Positions 10,479-21,741 of a stretch of DNA of 64,000 nucleotides are shown one piece after another. The stretch's first letter is position 1. Every line of letters starts with the position of its first letter. Made by a program: the position numbers and the translations under genes. The notes under the pieces are model-generated. The model saw only the letters and a program-made list of their open reading frames with translations. It ran no database searches and had not been told where the DNA came from. Source of the DNA: an uncultured Desulfatitalea sp. (lineage in GTDB: Bacteria > Desulfobacterota > Desulfobacteria > Desulfobacterales > Desulfosarcinaceae); assembly GCA_963668675.2 (NCBI GenBank), contig CAXXMB010000002.1:1984001-2048000 (forward strand), given 5' to 3'.

Positions 10479-11951
10479 ATGGGAAAACCGACCGGATTCA
10501 AGGAGTTTGATCGCGAGCTGCCCAAGCGGCGGCCGGCAGAGGTACGCATCGGCGACTATCGGGAGATATACGAACCCTTCCCCCGGGAGAGACTCACCGA
10601 ACAAGCTGCACGCTGCATGGATTGCGGCGTGCCGACGTGCATCTCGGGCTGCCCGCTGGGCAACCTGATTCCCGAGTGGAACGATGCCGTTTACCGGGGG
10701 CTCTGGAAAGAGGCCATCGAACGGCTGTCGGCCACCAACAACTTCCCCGAGTTTACCGGCCGCCTCTGCCCGGCACCTTGCGAAGAGGCGTGCGTGCTCT
10801 CGATCAACGAACCGGCGGTCACCATCGAACAGATCGAAAAAGAGATTATCGAGCACGCCTTTGCCCAGGGCTGGATCCAACCCCAGCCGCCCAAACGGCG
10901 CACCGGCAAAACGGTGGCTGTCGTCGGTTCGGGCCCCTCGGGGCTGGCCTGCGCCCAGCAGCTCAACCGGGCCGGTCACCGGGTGACGGTCTTCGAGCGC
11001 AACGACCGCATCGGCGGCCTGCTGCGCTACGGCATTCCCGACTTCAAGATGGAGAAGCACATCATCGACCGGCGGTTGGATATCATGACGGCGGAGGGGA
11101 TCGAATTCCGGGTCAATGCCACCGTTGGGGTGAACCCGACGGTGGACGACCTCAACGCCTTCGATGGCGTTGTCTTATGCCTGGGGTCCACGGTCCCGCG
11201 CGACCTGCCCCTACCCGGCAGGGAGTTGGAGGGCATCCACTTTGCTATGGATTTTCTCTCCCGGCAGAATCGCATCAATGCGGGTGACGATCTGGCCGCG
11301 CTCGGCATCGAAGCGATCAGTGCCGAAGGGAAGGATGTGGTTGTCATTGGCGGCGGGGACACGGGCAGCGACTGTATCGGCACCTCCCTGCGGCAGGGTG
11401 CCCGTTCGGTGACCAATTTCGAAGCCGTGGCCCAACCCACCCCGGATCGCCCCGGACACCAGCCCTGGCCCTACTACCCGATGCGGCTGCGCACCAGCAG
11501 CTCCCATGAGGAGGGCGGCGAGCGCCACTGGAGCGTGCTGACCAAGGCGTTCGTGGGGATCGATGGTCAGCTCAAGGAGTTGATGACCGTGGATATCAAC
11601 ATGCATCCCCAGCCGAACGGCCCACCGACGATCGAGGAGATTCCCGGCACCGAACGCCAATGGGCGGCCGACATGGTGCTGATCGCCATCGGTTACAGCG
11701 GTCCGGAAGCCCATCCCCTGGCCGACCAACTTGGCCTTAAAACCGATCCGGGCGGAACCATCGCCACCAACGGCCGCTACATGACCGATGTGCCGGGCAT
11801 CTTTTCGGCGGGCGATGCCAACCGCGGGCAATCGCTCATCGTTTGGGCCATATCGGAGGGCCGGGAGGCGGCCCGGGAAGTAGATATCTATCTGATGGGT
11901 GACAGCAGCCTGCCCGCCAAGGGGTGCTGCGACATCCCGTTGATTCGATAG
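10479..11951 (+). CDS. gltD: Glutamate synthase small subunit
   Basis: MGKPTGF, RCMDCGVP.C...CP, GRLCPAPCE, GSGPSG and GGGDTG Rossmann motifs. Confidence 0.98.
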   Translation: MGKPTGFKEFDRELPKRRPAEVRIGDYREIYEPFPRERLTEQAARCMDCGVPTCISGCPLGNLIPEWNDAVYRGLWKEAIERLSATNNFPEFTGRLCPAPCEEACVLSINEPAVTIEQIEKEIIEHAFAQGWIQPQPPKRRTGKTVAVVGSGPSGLACAQQLNRAGHRVTVFERNDRIGGLLRYGIPDFKMEKHIIDRRLDIMTAEGIEFRVNATVGVNPTVDDLNAFDGVVLCLGSTVPRDLPLPGRELEGIHFAMDFLSRQNRINAGDDLAALGIEAISAEGKDVVVIGGGDTGSDCIGTSLRQGARSVTNFEAVAQPTPDRPGHQPWPYYPMRLRTSSSHEEGGERHWSVLTKAFVGIDGQLKELMTVDINMHPQPNGPPTIEEIPGTERQWAADMVLIAIGYSGPEAHPLADQLGLKTDPGGTIATNGRYMTDVPGIFSAGDANRGQSLIVWAISEGREAAREVDIYLMGDSSLPAKGCCDIPLIR

Positions 11952-11961
11952 CGGTATCCGA

Positions 11962-12417
11962 TTACGCGTTCTTGATGGCAACGTCGATGGCAAAGGTGCC
12001 CTTGTCGGTTTGACACGGAATCGAGATGATGGGAACGCCCTTAGGGAAGGCGATGGAGTGCATGCCCATTACGACGCTGGGCACGGAGATGGTCGTATTG
12101 GTCTCGGGAAAATTCTTCTTTGCATCACCTGCCACCATATTGGCAATTTCGCCGATGGCATCGGTGCAGTCCTCATTCATCTTTTCCATCTTCTCTCCCA
12201 GCAGCTCGGAGGCCAGCTCCAGGGCAATGACTTCGGGGAAACTGACCACGACGCAACCGGTCACCTCGCCGCTGATGCCGATGATGCCGCTGATCTCGAA
12301 AGAAGAGGTGTGATCCTTCTTCAAGGTGGGTTTGCCGAGGGTGTACGGCACATTGATCATGGTTTCGAAGACGTTCTGCACGGCAGAGAGAAACGGGTTG
12401 ATGTATCGGATATCCAT
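11962..12417 (-). CDS. cheX: Chemotaxis phosphatase CheX family protein
   Basis: MDIRYINPF N-terminus, ISGIIG.SG...G, DAIGEIANM, IS.PSVV. Start reassigned from the ORF track. Confidence 0.9.
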   Translation of the reverse strand: MDIRYINPFLSAVQNVFETMINVPYTLGKPTLKKDHTSSFEISGIIGISGEVTGCVVVSFPEVIALELASELLGEKMEKMNEDCTDAIGEIANMVAGDAKKNFPETNTTISVPSVVMGMHSIAFPKGVPIISIPCQTDKGTFAIDVAIKNA

Positions 12418-12493
12418 CACGCTCACCTTTCCTGGGTTCTTTTTGCGAAATAGCCTGCCGCGCAGGCGCAACGCCTGCCCAACACACAGGCAA

Positions 12494-12982
12494 CTATCGG
12501 GCGCAACACTTCTTATACTTCTTGCCGCTGCCACAGGGGCACGGGTCGTTGCGGCCCACCTTGGGCCCCTGCCGGACGAACTGCACCGTTTTGGGTGCCT
12601 TGCCATCCACGAAGTACCAGCGCCCCTCCCGCTTGGCAAATTCGGCCACTTCCTGATGGTCGTAACGCTTGCCCTTCTGGCGATAGTGCGCGATGAACTC
12701 GACACTCCCCTTCTCATCTTCGGGGCCGCCGGCCTGGGTATCGACGATCTCCAGCCCCAGCCACTCCGATGTTTGGGACCACTCCAGCACCTGCTCCAGA
12801 TTGACGCCAGCGCGCTGCCTGGGGTGGGTCGTATCGTGAACATAGTCGACGGCGGCTTTGACGTGGGCCGTGTATCGTGAGCGCATCATCGCCTCGGCCG
12901 TCTGCGCTGGTTCTCCCTCTTCGATCAATGGCCGGCAGCACGCCTCATAGGTTTGGCCGCTGCCGCAGGGGCAAGGTTCCAT
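12494..12982 (-). CDS. ychJ: YchJ family protein with SEC-C motifs
   Basis: [31 protein letters not shown]-terminal [18 protein letters not shown]. Confidence 0.93.
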   Translation of the reverse strand: MEPCPCGSGQTYEACCRPLIEEGEPAQTAEAMMRSRYTAHVKAAVDYVHDTTHPRQRAGVNLEQVLEWSQTSEWLGLEIVDTQAGGPEDEKGSVEFIAHYRQKGKRYDHQEVAEFAKREGRWYFVDGKAPKTVQFVRQGPKVGRNDPCPCGSGKKYKKCCAR

Positions 12983-13196
12983 TTCTCAACTCCTCGGTTC
13001 CGGATCTTAAACGCCCGTGGGCGATGGTCGTGTTCTATGTTGTCGCCTTATGACCCGGCCCGCCGCTCTCCGGATCTTTCGTTTTAAGGTTTTCCTACCA
13101 CATACCCTAGTTGATCACCTTCTCACAAGTACCGTTTGGTCAGATCGATGGAAATATCCTTCCCAGGCCCTATCGTTTACCCACGGCCCAAACAGC

Positions 13197-13913
13197 TCAA
13201 TCGGACAGGTAATACTCGATGGTGGAGACAACCCTTACCCGTTTGATATGGGGGTTGTTTTTGTCCCGGTTGCCGATGGAGAACTGCCCCTGCCTGGCTC
13301 TTTTGATTTTGCCCAATTTGCTGTTGGAGTCCTTGGCAAATTTGGCGGCGACCTCCCTGGCCTTGGTGGTGGCCTCTTCGATCATGGCGGGCTTCACTTC
13401 GTTGAGCCGCGTAAAGAGATATTCGGTACTGTTCTGGTATTGGTTGTCGGAAATGGCGATGCCTTGCTTGCCCAACTCGCCCAAACCGTTCATCGCTGCC
13501 CGTACCGCGTCGATTTTGGGCGTGTAGACCGTCACGGTCTGGGTCGCCATGTAGCGAAATTCGATCCGCGCCTTCTCATACCCCTGGGCCAGCTTATCGC
13601 CGATGCCGGGCGGTGAGACGGTCAACTCCTGTTGCTCGAATCCATTGGCTTTCAGGAAATCAACCACGGTTTGGGTCTTCTTCTCCGTAGAGAGGTAGAG
13701 TTCGGTCAGATCGTTACCGGCTTCTATAAACGTAATCGGCCAGATGGCGATATCGGCCGGGTACTCCCTCTCCGAGAGCCCTTTTACCGTAACGGTGCGC
13801 TCGTACTCTTTGAACTTGATCGCACTGATACCCAGCAAATGGCCCAACAGCACCAAACCCAAAAAGAGAAACAGGCCCAATGTAAAAGCGCCCTTGAAGT
13901 TGCTCTGCTGCAT
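13197..13913 (-). CDS. SIMPL (DUF541) domain periplasmic protein
   Basis: RTVTVKGLSER...AD...W, LGKIK.A.QGQFSI, K.VRVVST..Y.L; AAGGAGG RBS before MQQSNF. Confidence 0.88.
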   Translation of the reverse strand: MQQSNFKGAFTLGLFLFLGLVLLGHLLGISAIKFKEYERTVTVKGLSEREYPADIAIWPITFIEAGNDLTELYLSTEKKTQTVVDFLKANGFEQQELTVSPPGIGDKLAQGYEKARIEFRYMATQTVTVYTPKIDAVRAAMNGLGELGKQGIAISDNQYQNSTEYLFTRLNEVKPAMIEEATTKAREVAAKFAKDSNSKLGKIKRARQGQFSIGNRDKNNPHIKRVRVVSTIEYYLSD

Positions 13914-13959
13914 CGACACCTCCTTGTTTGCAGGATGATCGTCAGGCCGCCTCACCATT

Positions 13960-14066
13960 TCCCTCCTTTCTCAAAGGGGGGACAGGGGGGTGGGGGGATT
14001 TCCGTTTTTGTTGCGTGCCTCTATCGAACTAAAAATCCCACAGAATCCCCCTCTTTAAAAGGGAGA
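13960..14066. repeat. Inverted doublet of the CCCCCTTT-AAAGGGGG repeat (copy B)
   Basis: CCCTCCTTTCTCAAAGGGGGGACAGGGGG...GGGGATT followed by AATCCC...CCCCCTCTTTAAAAGGGAGA. Confidence 0.7.
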
Positions 14067-14110
14067 GTCATTGGCTTTGACCATCCGTCCATCTGGTACG
14101 CAGCGTCGGT

Positions 14111-14839
14111 TCAATCATTGCAGAGATGTAACATCCTCCCCCTTACCAAATCAGATATCTCCTTCACCGGCAATGCCTTTATCTCCTCGTACGCAATGGG
14201 TTGGCCAAAGCGCAGAATCATCCGTCCAGGGCGGATCATTAGACTGCCTTTGCGCTTGATCTCATATGCGCCGATCATCACGAGCGGCACGATGTCCACC
14301 CCGGCCCTTTTGGCCAGTGTGAAGGCGCCGGGCTTAAACGGCTGGAACTTGCCGTCCAGGGTGCGGCCGCCCTCGGGCAGAATCAAAATCGAGGTGCCCG
14401 TCGCGATTGCCCGTTCGGCCACCTTGAGGCTCTTCAGGGCACTGCGGGCATTTGTCTGACTGATGGGGATCATACCCAAGCGACGAATGATCCGGCCGTA
14501 GAAGAACCAATCGAAATGCTCGTCCAACTCGATCCCACGGAAGTAATTGGGAATGAAACCGTACAGGACAAACACATCGAAGATGTTAACATGGTTGCAA
14601 ATAAAAAGAGAAGCGCGGTCATGCTTGAAATGGTCACGCCCCTCTACCGAAATACGGACAAAAAGAGCGGCCATGATGGCACGGCAGCCCAACTTGATAA
14701 ACCGATCGAAGCGTCGCGGATGCACCAGCCTGCCGGAAAGAAGCACCATCACCCCCACCGGCACGAAGGCGCACAGACCGGTGGTCCATGCCAATGCGGA
14801 GATCATCATCTCCTTGCAACGGTGCCATCTCTCTGTCAT
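14111..14839 (-). CDS. plsC: 1-acyl-sn-glycerol-3-phosphate acyltransferase family
   Basis: NHVNIFD and PEGGRT motifs, FKPGAF. Confidence 0.88.
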   Translation of the reverse strand: MTERWHRCKEMMISALAWTTGLCAFVPVGVMVLLSGRLVHPRRFDRFIKLGCRAIMAALFVRISVEGRDHFKHDRASLFICNHVNIFDVFVLYGFIPNYFRGIELDEHFDWFFYGRIIRRLGMIPISQTNARSALKSLKVAERAIATGTSILILPEGGRTLDGKFQPFKPGAFTLAKRAGVDIVPLVMIGAYEIKRKGSLMIRPGRMILRFGQPIAYEEIKALPVKEISDLVRGRMLHLCND

Positions 14840-15723
14840 GAGTCGAACACGCGCACTTTTCCGGGCAGGACTGAAACCGTGATCGGGGTCGCCCCGGCGA
14901 TCTCCCCGTCGGGGGTCAGCGCCTTAGGCAGGGCGGGTTGAAAACGCATCCGTCGGCCGGAAAATGTTTCAACCTCCTGCAGTTTCAGGTGTTTGCCGCG
15001 AAAAATACTGGGCAGGGCCGCCAGAAGGCGCACCCGCGATATCCGGTTGAGCAGCACCACATCCATGAGGCCGTCATCTATCCTGGCGTGCGGTGCCATG
15101 ATCATATCCCCTCCGGTTCTAGTGGAGTTGCAGATCTCCACGAAGACGGCATCGCGCCGGAACCGCCCTGCATCGATCTCGAAGTCGAGACGGCAGGTGG
15201 CCAGCCGCATCGTTTCGAGAAAGACGCCGATGAGGTAACTCAAATCGCCCCAACGCTTGTATCTTGCGGCCCTTCGAACCACATCAGAGACAAATCCGAA
15301 TCCGAGAATGTTGATAAAAAAAATCGTCTGGTCATCACAGTCACATTGCCCCAGATCGACGGCCCGGGTTTTACCGGCAACGATCTTGCGGATGGCATCG
15401 TCACGGTTCGCGATAGCCAGGTCACGGACAAAGGAGTTGCCCGATCCAACCGGAATGATGCCCAGAGGGATCGGCAGATCCGGGTTGCCCCGCATCATCC
15501 CGTTGATCACCTCGAAAACGGTTCCGTCGCCGCCAAGCGCCACGATACCGTCCCAGCCGTTGTTGACCTCCGTTGCTGCAATGGTGGAAAGATGGCGGAT
15601 GTGCCGGGAGCAGCCGATCTCGACATCTATGCCCCGAGCGTTTAAAATGCCCTGCGTCTCGCGGGCGATCGTTTCACCCTGCTTTCGGCCAGCCAGAGGA
15701 TTGACAAGCATGAGTAGTTTCAT
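14836..15723 (-). CDS. Diacylglycerol kinase family lipid kinase (YegS/DagK)
   Basis: NP.AG, GGDGT..EV.NG, P.GSGN.F, DDG..D, DGE motifs. Confidence 0.92.
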   Translation of the reverse strand: MKLLMLVNPLAGRKQGETIARETQGILNARGIDVEIGCSRHIRHLSTIAATEVNNGWDGIVALGGDGTVFEVINGMMRGNPDLPIPLGIIPVGSGNSFVRDLAIANRDDAIRKIVAGKTRAVDLGQCDCDDQTIFFINILGFGFVSDVVRRAARYKRWGDLSYLIGVFLETMRLATCRLDFEIDAGRFRRDAVFVEICNSTRTGGDMIMAPHARIDDGLMDVVLLNRISRVRLLAALPSIFRGKHLKLQEVETFSGRRMRFQPALPKALTPDGEIAGATPITVSVLPGKVRVFDS

Positions 15724-15880
15724 AGCAATGCAGATTCAGCGCTTGGCCGGTGAAAGGTCAAAACCGATATTTTCCTCTATCATCAAGCTGTTTGACGCCC
15801 TGAAACAGCGGACATCTCCATAAATCCAGCAGCTTAAGCCATTTCCGGACAAATTGCAAGGCAGATAAAGTCGAAGAAGC

Positions 15881-16126
15881 TTACTCGATCGGTGTGTTGC
15901 ACTTGGGGCATTGGGTGCCGAATTTGCTGATCTGTCCTTCCCAATCACAATGGCGGCACACGAAGTAGACGGTGTTCTGCAGATTGGTTCTCTTCTTGGA
16001 GAGCAGTTTGCGGGCAACTTTGACGGCAATGTAGAGTACTACGAACATCACCGTATATTGAAGCAGTTGGCGCAGCGTTATATCTCCCCAGACAATCATA
16101 TCCCATCCCAGCTCGACGCTCATCAC
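15881..16126 (-). CDS. Small membrane-anchored zinc-ribbon protein
   Basis: One TM helix followed by CRHC-x12-CPKC; abuts the thiM stop codon. Confidence 0.7.
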   Translation of the reverse strand: MMSVELGWDMIVWGDITLRQLLQYTVMFVVLYIAVKVARKLLSKKRTNLQNTVYFVCRHCDWEGQISKFGTQCPKCNTPIE

Positions 16127-16128
16127 TG

Positions 16129-16944
16129 CTATCCTTCCAATCGTATTTTAAGGCCCGTCAAAAGATCCTCCCTGCCGGTTGCGTAGAGCCGGTCCAGGAA
16201 GGCCACGAAAAAGCTGCCCGGCTGATCGCTCGATGCGATGGCCAGGTCGGCGCAGCGTCCGTAAAAGGCAAATGCGGCCGTCACCGCCTCCAGTGGCGTT
16301 GCCGGATCAACGGCACAGAAAGCGCCCGAAATAGCCGACAGGCCGCACCCGATACCGGTGACCCGCGTCATCAGGGGCTGCCCGTTGCCGACGCGAAACA
16401 CCCGCTCGCCGTCCGTGATGCAATCCTCTTCACCGGAGATGGCGATGATGCAGCCAAGCGTCCGGGCCATCGCCTTGGCCATCGGCACAATCTCTTCGGA
16501 GAGGGAGAGGGAGGAGTCCACGCCTTTGGTTTTAATCTCTTCTGATCCGAGTGAAAGGATCTCCGAGGCGTTGCCGCGCAGCACCGATATGGAACAGCGC
16601 TCCATGATGCGTTTGACGGCGTCGGTGCGCAAGCGGGTGGCGCCAGCGCCGACCGGATCGAGGATGACCGGAATACCGGCCGCATTGGCCGCACGGCCGG
16701 CCAGAATCATGACTTCCACCCAATCCGCCTGCAAGGTGCCGATATTGAGGACCAGCGCACCAGCCATGGCGGTCATCTCTTCCACCTCATCCGGGCTGTG
16801 GGCCATGACCGGCGACGCCCCCACGGCCAGAAGTATATTGGCCGAGCTGTTCATCACCACGAAGTTGGTGATGTTGTGAATCAGGGGCGCCTGCTGCTTG
16901 ATCCGATCCAGCGCGTCGGCGGTGTAGGTCGACATGTCGGCCAT
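16129..16944 (-). CDS. thiM: Hydroxyethylthiazole kinase
   Basis: PLIHNITN.V, A.GASPVM, LNIGT, LDPVGAG, RGNASEI, VTG.GC. Confidence 0.97.
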   Translation of the reverse strand: MADMSTYTADALDRIKQQAPLIHNITNFVVMNSSANILLAVGASPVMAHSPDEVEEMTAMAGALVLNIGTLQADWVEVMILAGRAANAAGIPVILDPVGAGATRLRTDAVKRIMERCSISVLRGNASEILSLGSEEIKTKGVDSSLSLSEEIVPMAKAMARTLGCIIAISGEEDCITDGERVFRVGNGQPLMTRVTGIGCGLSAISGAFCAVDPATPLEAVTAAFAFYGRCADLAIASSDQPGSFFVAFLDRLYATGREDLLTGLKIRLEG

Positions 16945-16986
16945 AGCGTTGATCCTCGCTTCAATGCTCTTTTCTCTTGGGTCACG

Positions 16987-17589
16987 TCACCCCACCAGCC
17001 CCGCTCCGGCGGCCTTGACCCTCTCCAGCAGTTCGCTGTCGCCGGCAGCCGCCTTGCGATCGATCTCCGCGCCATACTGGTGAAGAAATTCGTACTTCTC
17101 GACCCCCAGCGCGAATGGCACCAGGTGCAGCCATTCGTCCAGGTTCTTGTAAAAGTGCGGGAAAACCGGCGTCGGCTCCGGATCGCCGCGGGAGATGATA
17201 AAGAGCGCCCGCTTCCCCTTGGGAAAGGTGGAATTGACCGTCGACGCCCCGGTCTTGGGGTCCTTGCCCATCTCGATAAAACTGTAGAGCCGGTCCACCA
17301 GCATCTTGAACTGGGACGCCACGTGAAACCAGTAGACAGGGGTTCCCATCACAATGGCGTCATAGGTGGCCATCTCCTGCATCAGCGGGGTCAGACCATC
17401 TTTTTGTACGCATCGCCCCAACTGCTTCTTGCACCCCTCACACCCCAGGCAGCCCTTCATTTCAAGCTCTCTCAGGTGAACCAGATGCGTCCGGGCGCCG
17501 CGCTCTTCGGCCCCCTTCAACGCCGTTTCAACCAATGTTTGTGTGTTGGCGCCTCTCCGCGGGCTGGCGTTGATCCCGATGACCTTCAT
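16987..17589 (-). CDS. Flavodoxin-like iron-sulfur flavoprotein / NADPH-dependent FMN reductase family
   Basis: MKVIGINASPR..ANT, CLGCEGC....C...D, GTPVYW, K..VDR. Confidence 0.88.
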   Translation of the reverse strand: MKVIGINASPRRGANTQTLVETALKGAEERGARTHLVHLRELEMKGCLGCEGCKKQLGRCVQKDGLTPLMQEMATYDAIVMGTPVYWFHVASQFKMLVDRLYSFIEMGKDPKTGASTVNSTFPKGKRALFIISRGDPEPTPVFPHFYKNLDEWLHLVPFALGVEKYEFLHQYGAEIDRKAAAGDSELLERVKAAGAGLVG

Positions 17590-17632
17590 CTCTGCTCCTT
17601 TCAACCGTTTCTCTCCACACAGCGGTAGACCA

Positions 17633-20299
17633 TTATGTACGTGAAGCGTTTGCTTCGTCAAGCACCTTGCGCACCGTTTTGGAAAGGTCCTCCCTGGCAA
17701 TCGGTTTCATGGCCACGGCCTTGATCCCCAGGGCCTGAACCTGTTCATCCGACAACTTCTTGCTGAAGCCGGTGCAAATAATCACCGGCAGTTCTGGGCG
17801 TATCTTCATCACTTCAGCGGCCAGCCTGTCCCCGGTCATCTGTGGCATGGTCATGTCGGTGATGACCATATCGAAATCGTTCGGTGCGGCACGAAAATAG
17901 GCCAGGGCATCCATGCTGCTGGTGAAAGTTGTGACCGTGTAACCCATTCGCTCCAGAATCTGGCTGGCCATGCGGGTAATCGAGCGTTCGTCATCGACAA
18001 AGAGAATGCGCTCGGTTCCGGTTTGGATATCGCTGCTCTGCGGCACGCGCTGGGCGGTTTCACTCTTGATGGCAGGCAGGTAGACGGTGAACGTGGTGCC
18101 CGCGTTCGCGCTGCTCTCCACCTTGATGTCGCCCCCGCACTCCTTGACGATGCCGTGCACCACTGAGAGTCCCAAACCGGTGCCTTCGCCTGGCGGCTTG
18201 GTGGTAAAGTAGGGTTCGAAGATAAAGGGTTGGATCTCCTCGGGGATGCCCTTGCCCGTATCGGTGATGGTAATCTTCAGATACTCACCCGGCTCGATGC
18301 CGGACGGGTTGCCGGGATCGAATTTGGTAAAGGTATGATTGGTAAGATAAACATCGAGCCGCCCGCCATCATCCTCCATGGCGTGGGCGGCATTGGTGCA
18401 CAGGTTCATGAAAATCTGGTGGATCTGGGTTGGATCCGCCATGACCAGGCTTTGCGTGTCGAAGCGGTATTGGATCTCGATGGTGGCGGGCAGGGTCGAG
18501 CGCAACAGTTTCATCACCTCGTTTGCGATGATGCTCACTTTGAGAGGCTTCAGATCCTGGTTGGCCTGGCGGGCAAAGGTCAGGATCTGTGCTACCAGAT
18601 CCCTGGCCCGCATGGCGGCGGTGTGGATTTCGACGAGGTTCCGTGAAAGATCGGACCCCTTCGCCACCTCGTCCAGGGAGAGCTCGGAGTAGCCGATGAT
18701 GGCCGACAATATGTTATTGAAGTCGTGGGCGATGCCGCCGGCCAACGTTCCGATGGCCTCCATCTTCTGCGACTGCTGGAGCTGACCCTCGAGCCGTTTG
18801 AATTCCGTGACATCCGTGGCGATCTGCAACCGCACCAGTCTTCCGTCCACCCATTCGATGGCCCGGTCGTGATTGATGCACCACTTGCCCGTAACCTCAT
18901 TGAGGCCCTGCCAGACATAGGTGCCGGTCGGGCGCCCCTCCCCATCGACCAACTTGTCATTGGTGCAGTGGGCGCACGGCGCCTTCTCCTTGAAAACCTG
19001 CCAGCAAACCTTTCCCGTGAAATCACCCCCAAAGCTTTCGATCATCTGTTTGTTCATGAAAAGGATTTCATAGCTCTGCATATCGACGACATAAATGGTG
19101 GCGTCGATGCTGTCGAGAACCGTTAAAAAGCGCTGGTGGGCATGCGCGATCTCTGCTTCCGCCTTTTTGCGGTCGGTAATATCGAGGGCCGTAAAGGTGA
19201 TCCCTTCGGCCCAATCTTGCGGATTGATGGGTGTCGAACTGAGCAGCACATCGATGATCTCCCCCTTTTTGTTACGCCACTGCGTCTCCACCGTACCGAT
19301 TCCCTTGGCTTTGATCTGCCGGTATTTCTGCTCTCCGACATACTCGAACGCCTCCTGACTGGGATAGAGGACCCTGGCGCTGTGGTCGATCAGCTCCTCT
19401 CTGCTGTAACCCAACATATCACACAAGCGTTGGTTGGCCTGCACGATGACGCGGTCGCACACCATGCCGATGCCGATAGAGGCCGCGCTGAAAATGCTTC
19501 TCAGGGTACTTTCACGCTGCCTTAGTTCCCGTTCACTCTCCAGTCGCTGGGTAATATCGGAAACAATATGAACGATACCGTCGATGGTCCGGCCGTCCCT
19601 GGTGATCGGATCGGCGGTGATTTCGAACCAGCGCCCCCCGATCTGTGCCCGCTCGGTGGCGCGCTGCATATTTTTAATTGTGGTCCGTAGCGGGCAGTTG
19701 TCGATATGGGCGTCGTTACCGTGGATCACCTCATAGCACTTGCGTCCGACGATCTCTTCAATGGGGTGCCCGAAAACTTCGCTGGTGACACGGTTGACCT
19801 GAACGATGTTCCAATCCACATCAAGGACGGCGATGGAGTCGTTAACGGCATCGAAGGTGGCCTGCCAGAGCAGTGCGGAGGCTTGGAGGGCCTCTTGTGC
19901 CTGGGTCTCATGGGTGACGTCATGGGCAACGGCCAGAGTGATCCCCTTGTCGGGAACGGGCCGCGCCACCCAACGCAACCATCGATAGTTACCATCCAGG
20001 CAACAGAATCTGTTTTTCAAACCGATGACCTTCTCGCCCCTGCGAAGGAGATCTGCGATGGCGTGCCGGGTGCTTTCCAGGTCGTCCGGATGGATGAAGT
20101 CGAAAACCGCTTTTCCCACCAAGGCTTCCGTTTCGTGCCCGAGGCTTTCGGTGAAGGCCGGGTTGACTTTCACAAAGCGGCTGCTTTGAATATCGATAAT
20201 GCAGATCATGTCGATCGACATGTTGAACAGCAGGTTGAGCTCCTCCTCCAACACTTTGATTTTGCGATCCATTGCTTCGAATGTTACCTGTCGGCTCAT
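17633..20299 (-). CDS. Multi-PAS hybrid sensor histidine kinase with receiver domain
   Basis: Four PAS-like repeats, H-box [11 protein letters not shown] boxes, C-terminal receiver (FVDDE, D.TMP, KP). Confidence 0.95.
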   Translation of the reverse strand: MSRQVTFEAMDRKIKVLEEELNLLFNMSIDMICIIDIQSSRFVKVNPAFTESLGHETEALVGKAVFDFIHPDDLESTRHAIADLLRRGEKVIGLKNRFCCLDGNYRWLRWVARPVPDKGITLAVAHDVTHETQAQEALQASALLWQATFDAVNDSIAVLDVDWNIVQVNRVTSEVFGHPIEEIVGRKCYEVIHGNDAHIDNCPLRTTIKNMQRATERAQIGGRWFEITADPITRDGRTIDGIVHIVSDITQRLESERELRQRESTLRSIFSAASIGIGMVCDRVIVQANQRLCDMLGYSREELIDHSARVLYPSQEAFEYVGEQKYRQIKAKGIGTVETQWRNKKGEIIDVLLSSTPINPQDWAEGITFTALDITDRKKAEAEIAHAHQRFLTVLDSIDATIYVVDMQSYEILFMNKQMIESFGGDFTGKVCWQVFKEKAPCAHCTNDKLVDGEGRPTGTYVWQGLNEVTGKWCINHDRAIEWVDGRLVRLQIATDVTEFKRLEGQLQQSQKMEAIGTLAGGIAHDFNNILSAIIGYSELSLDEVAKGSDLSRNLVEIHTAAMRARDLVAQILTFARQANQDLKPLKVSIIANEVMKLLRSTLPATIEIQYRFDTQSLVMADPTQIHQIFMNLCTNAAHAMEDDGGRLDVYLTNHTFTKFDPGNPSGIEPGEYLKITITDTGKGIPEEIQPFIFEPYFTTKPPGEGTGLGLSVVHGIVKECGGDIKVESSANAGTTFTVYLPAIKSETAQRVPQSSDIQTGTERILFVDDERSITRMASQILERMGYTVTTFTSSMDALAYFRAAPNDFDMVITDMTMPQMTGDRLAAEVMKIRPELPVIICTGFSKKLSDEQVQALGIKAVAMKPIAREDLSKTVRKVLDEANASRT

Positions 20300-20530
20300 C
20301 GCCTCTCCGCTATCGACAACGCTTTACGCGCCTGTCCGGCCACCGCTGCCTGCAGGTGGCAATTGTTGCTGTTAAGGATGGGTTTTGGAGCGGGATGTCC
20401 AGGCGAGAATTGAAGGAAGAGCGTGGGAGTGACCTGAGTTCGTGAATCCTATCAAAGCTTGTCCAGTCCCAAACTCACCTTCCAAAGCAGGGGGGTTCCA
20501 CCCAATGAAAATGAAGCGGTCAATTTTATT

Positions 20531-20673
20531 AACCCGGTTTATTCACCCGGCAACTAAAGATATCAACAGACGTCATTCTGGCGAAAGCCGGAATCCATGT
20601 ATTGACTGGATCCGGGATCAACTCCGGGATGACGAAGGTTTGCCTGTCTAATAGCCTGAGCTTAACTCGGGTT
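20531..20673. mobile_element. Degenerate MITE-like element with AACCCG ends and an internal GTCATTC-type palindrome doublet
   Basis: Left end AACCCGGTTTA; right end reverse complement AACCCGAGTTAA. Internal GTCATTCTGGCGAAAGCCGGAATCCA...TGGATCCGGGATCAACTCCGGGATGAC at 20572-20633. Confidence 0.55.
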
Positions 20674-20792
20674 CGATTTGAACCAGTTCAATCTGGTCCG
20701 CCCTGATCCACCCTGATCCAATCGACCACTTCGCTACAGTGTTATAAAATCATAGCGAGGCCATGTTGGCAACTCCTCATTTGGCGTGAATC

Positions 20793-21707
20793 CTAAGCCA
20801 GGGCGATCATCTGTTCGACGGCCTTGAGAGCGGGTAGACGAATCTTTTCGGGCACCTTCACTTCACCCTCCATGTGCGCAAGACTTCGGTGCACATCTTC
20901 GAGTTTGATCTTCTTCATGTCCTGGCAGATCAACTTGGTTGAGGCCGGGTAGAAGCGTTTGTCCGGATTGGCCTTCTGCAGCGGATGAAGCAATCCCTGT
21001 TCGGTTCCGATGAGAAACGTCTTCTCTTGGGCCTCGGCCACATGGCGCAGCATGCCCGAGGTGCTGGTGATCACATCGGCCATGCGAAGTATTTCCGGCC
21101 GGCATTCGGGATGGGCAAGAAAAACGGCCTCGGGATGCTCGGCGCGGGCCTTGTTAACATCCTCCGGTGTGAGCCACTCATGGGTGGGGCAGTACCCATC
21201 CCAGAGATGGATCTTCTTTCCGGTCTGGGAAGCGGCATACATGGCCAGGTTGCGGTCCGGGGTCAACAGCATCTCGTCGGCCTCCAGGCTGTTGACCACC
21301 TTCACCACATTGGCCGAAGTGCAGCAGACGGTGGAGAGGGCCTTGACCTCGGCGGTCGAGTTGACATAGGTCACCACCGGCATGGGGGGCAGGCTCTCCA
21401 TTTTGGCTTTGAGAGCGTCGGCCGTGATCATGTCGGCCATGGGGCAGCCGGCATCCTGGCGCGGCAGCAGGACCGTTTTCTGCGGTGAGAGGATCGAGGC
21501 GGTTTCAGCCATGAAGTGGACGCCGCAGAAGACAATCACCTCGGCGTCGGTTTGAGCCGCCTTGCGGCTCAGCTCCAGGGAGTCGCCACACAGGTCGGCG
21601 ATGTCCTGGATCTCAGGCGATTGATAGTTATGGGCCAAGATGATGGCGTTGCGCTCGGCGGCCAGGGCTTTGATCCGGGCGGCCAGTTCACTCTGTTCGG
21701 GACTCAT
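20793..21707 (-). CDS. nadA: Quinolinate synthase
   Basis: AHNYQ, GDSLEL, FCGVHFMAE, GCPMA, YVNS, AHPEC motifs. Confidence 0.98.
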   Translation of the reverse strand: MSPEQSELAARIKALAAERNAIILAHNYQSPEIQDIADLCGDSLELSRKAAQTDAEVIVFCGVHFMAETASILSPQKTVLLPRQDAGCPMADMITADALKAKMESLPPMPVVTYVNSTAEVKALSTVCCTSANVVKVVNSLEADEMLLTPDRNLAMYAASQTGKKIHLWDGYCPTHEWLTPEDVNKARAEHPEAVFLAHPECRPEILRMADVITSTSGMLRHVAEAQEKTFLIGTEQGLLHPLQKANPDKRFYPASTKLICQDMKKIKLEDVHRSLAHMEGEVKVPEKIRLPALKAVEQMIALA

Positions 21708-21741
21708 CTCTCACGACTCTCTTTCCGGCTGTTGGATGGCG

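Noticed and set aside
11962..12843. 293-aa extended CheX ORF suggesting a fusion
   Set aside because: The extension overlaps ychJ in another frame. The CheX fold starts at MDIRYINPF (12417).
20701..20720. Tandem CCCTGATCCA x2
   Set aside because: Only two copies and no spacers; not a CRISPR or a meaningful VNTR.
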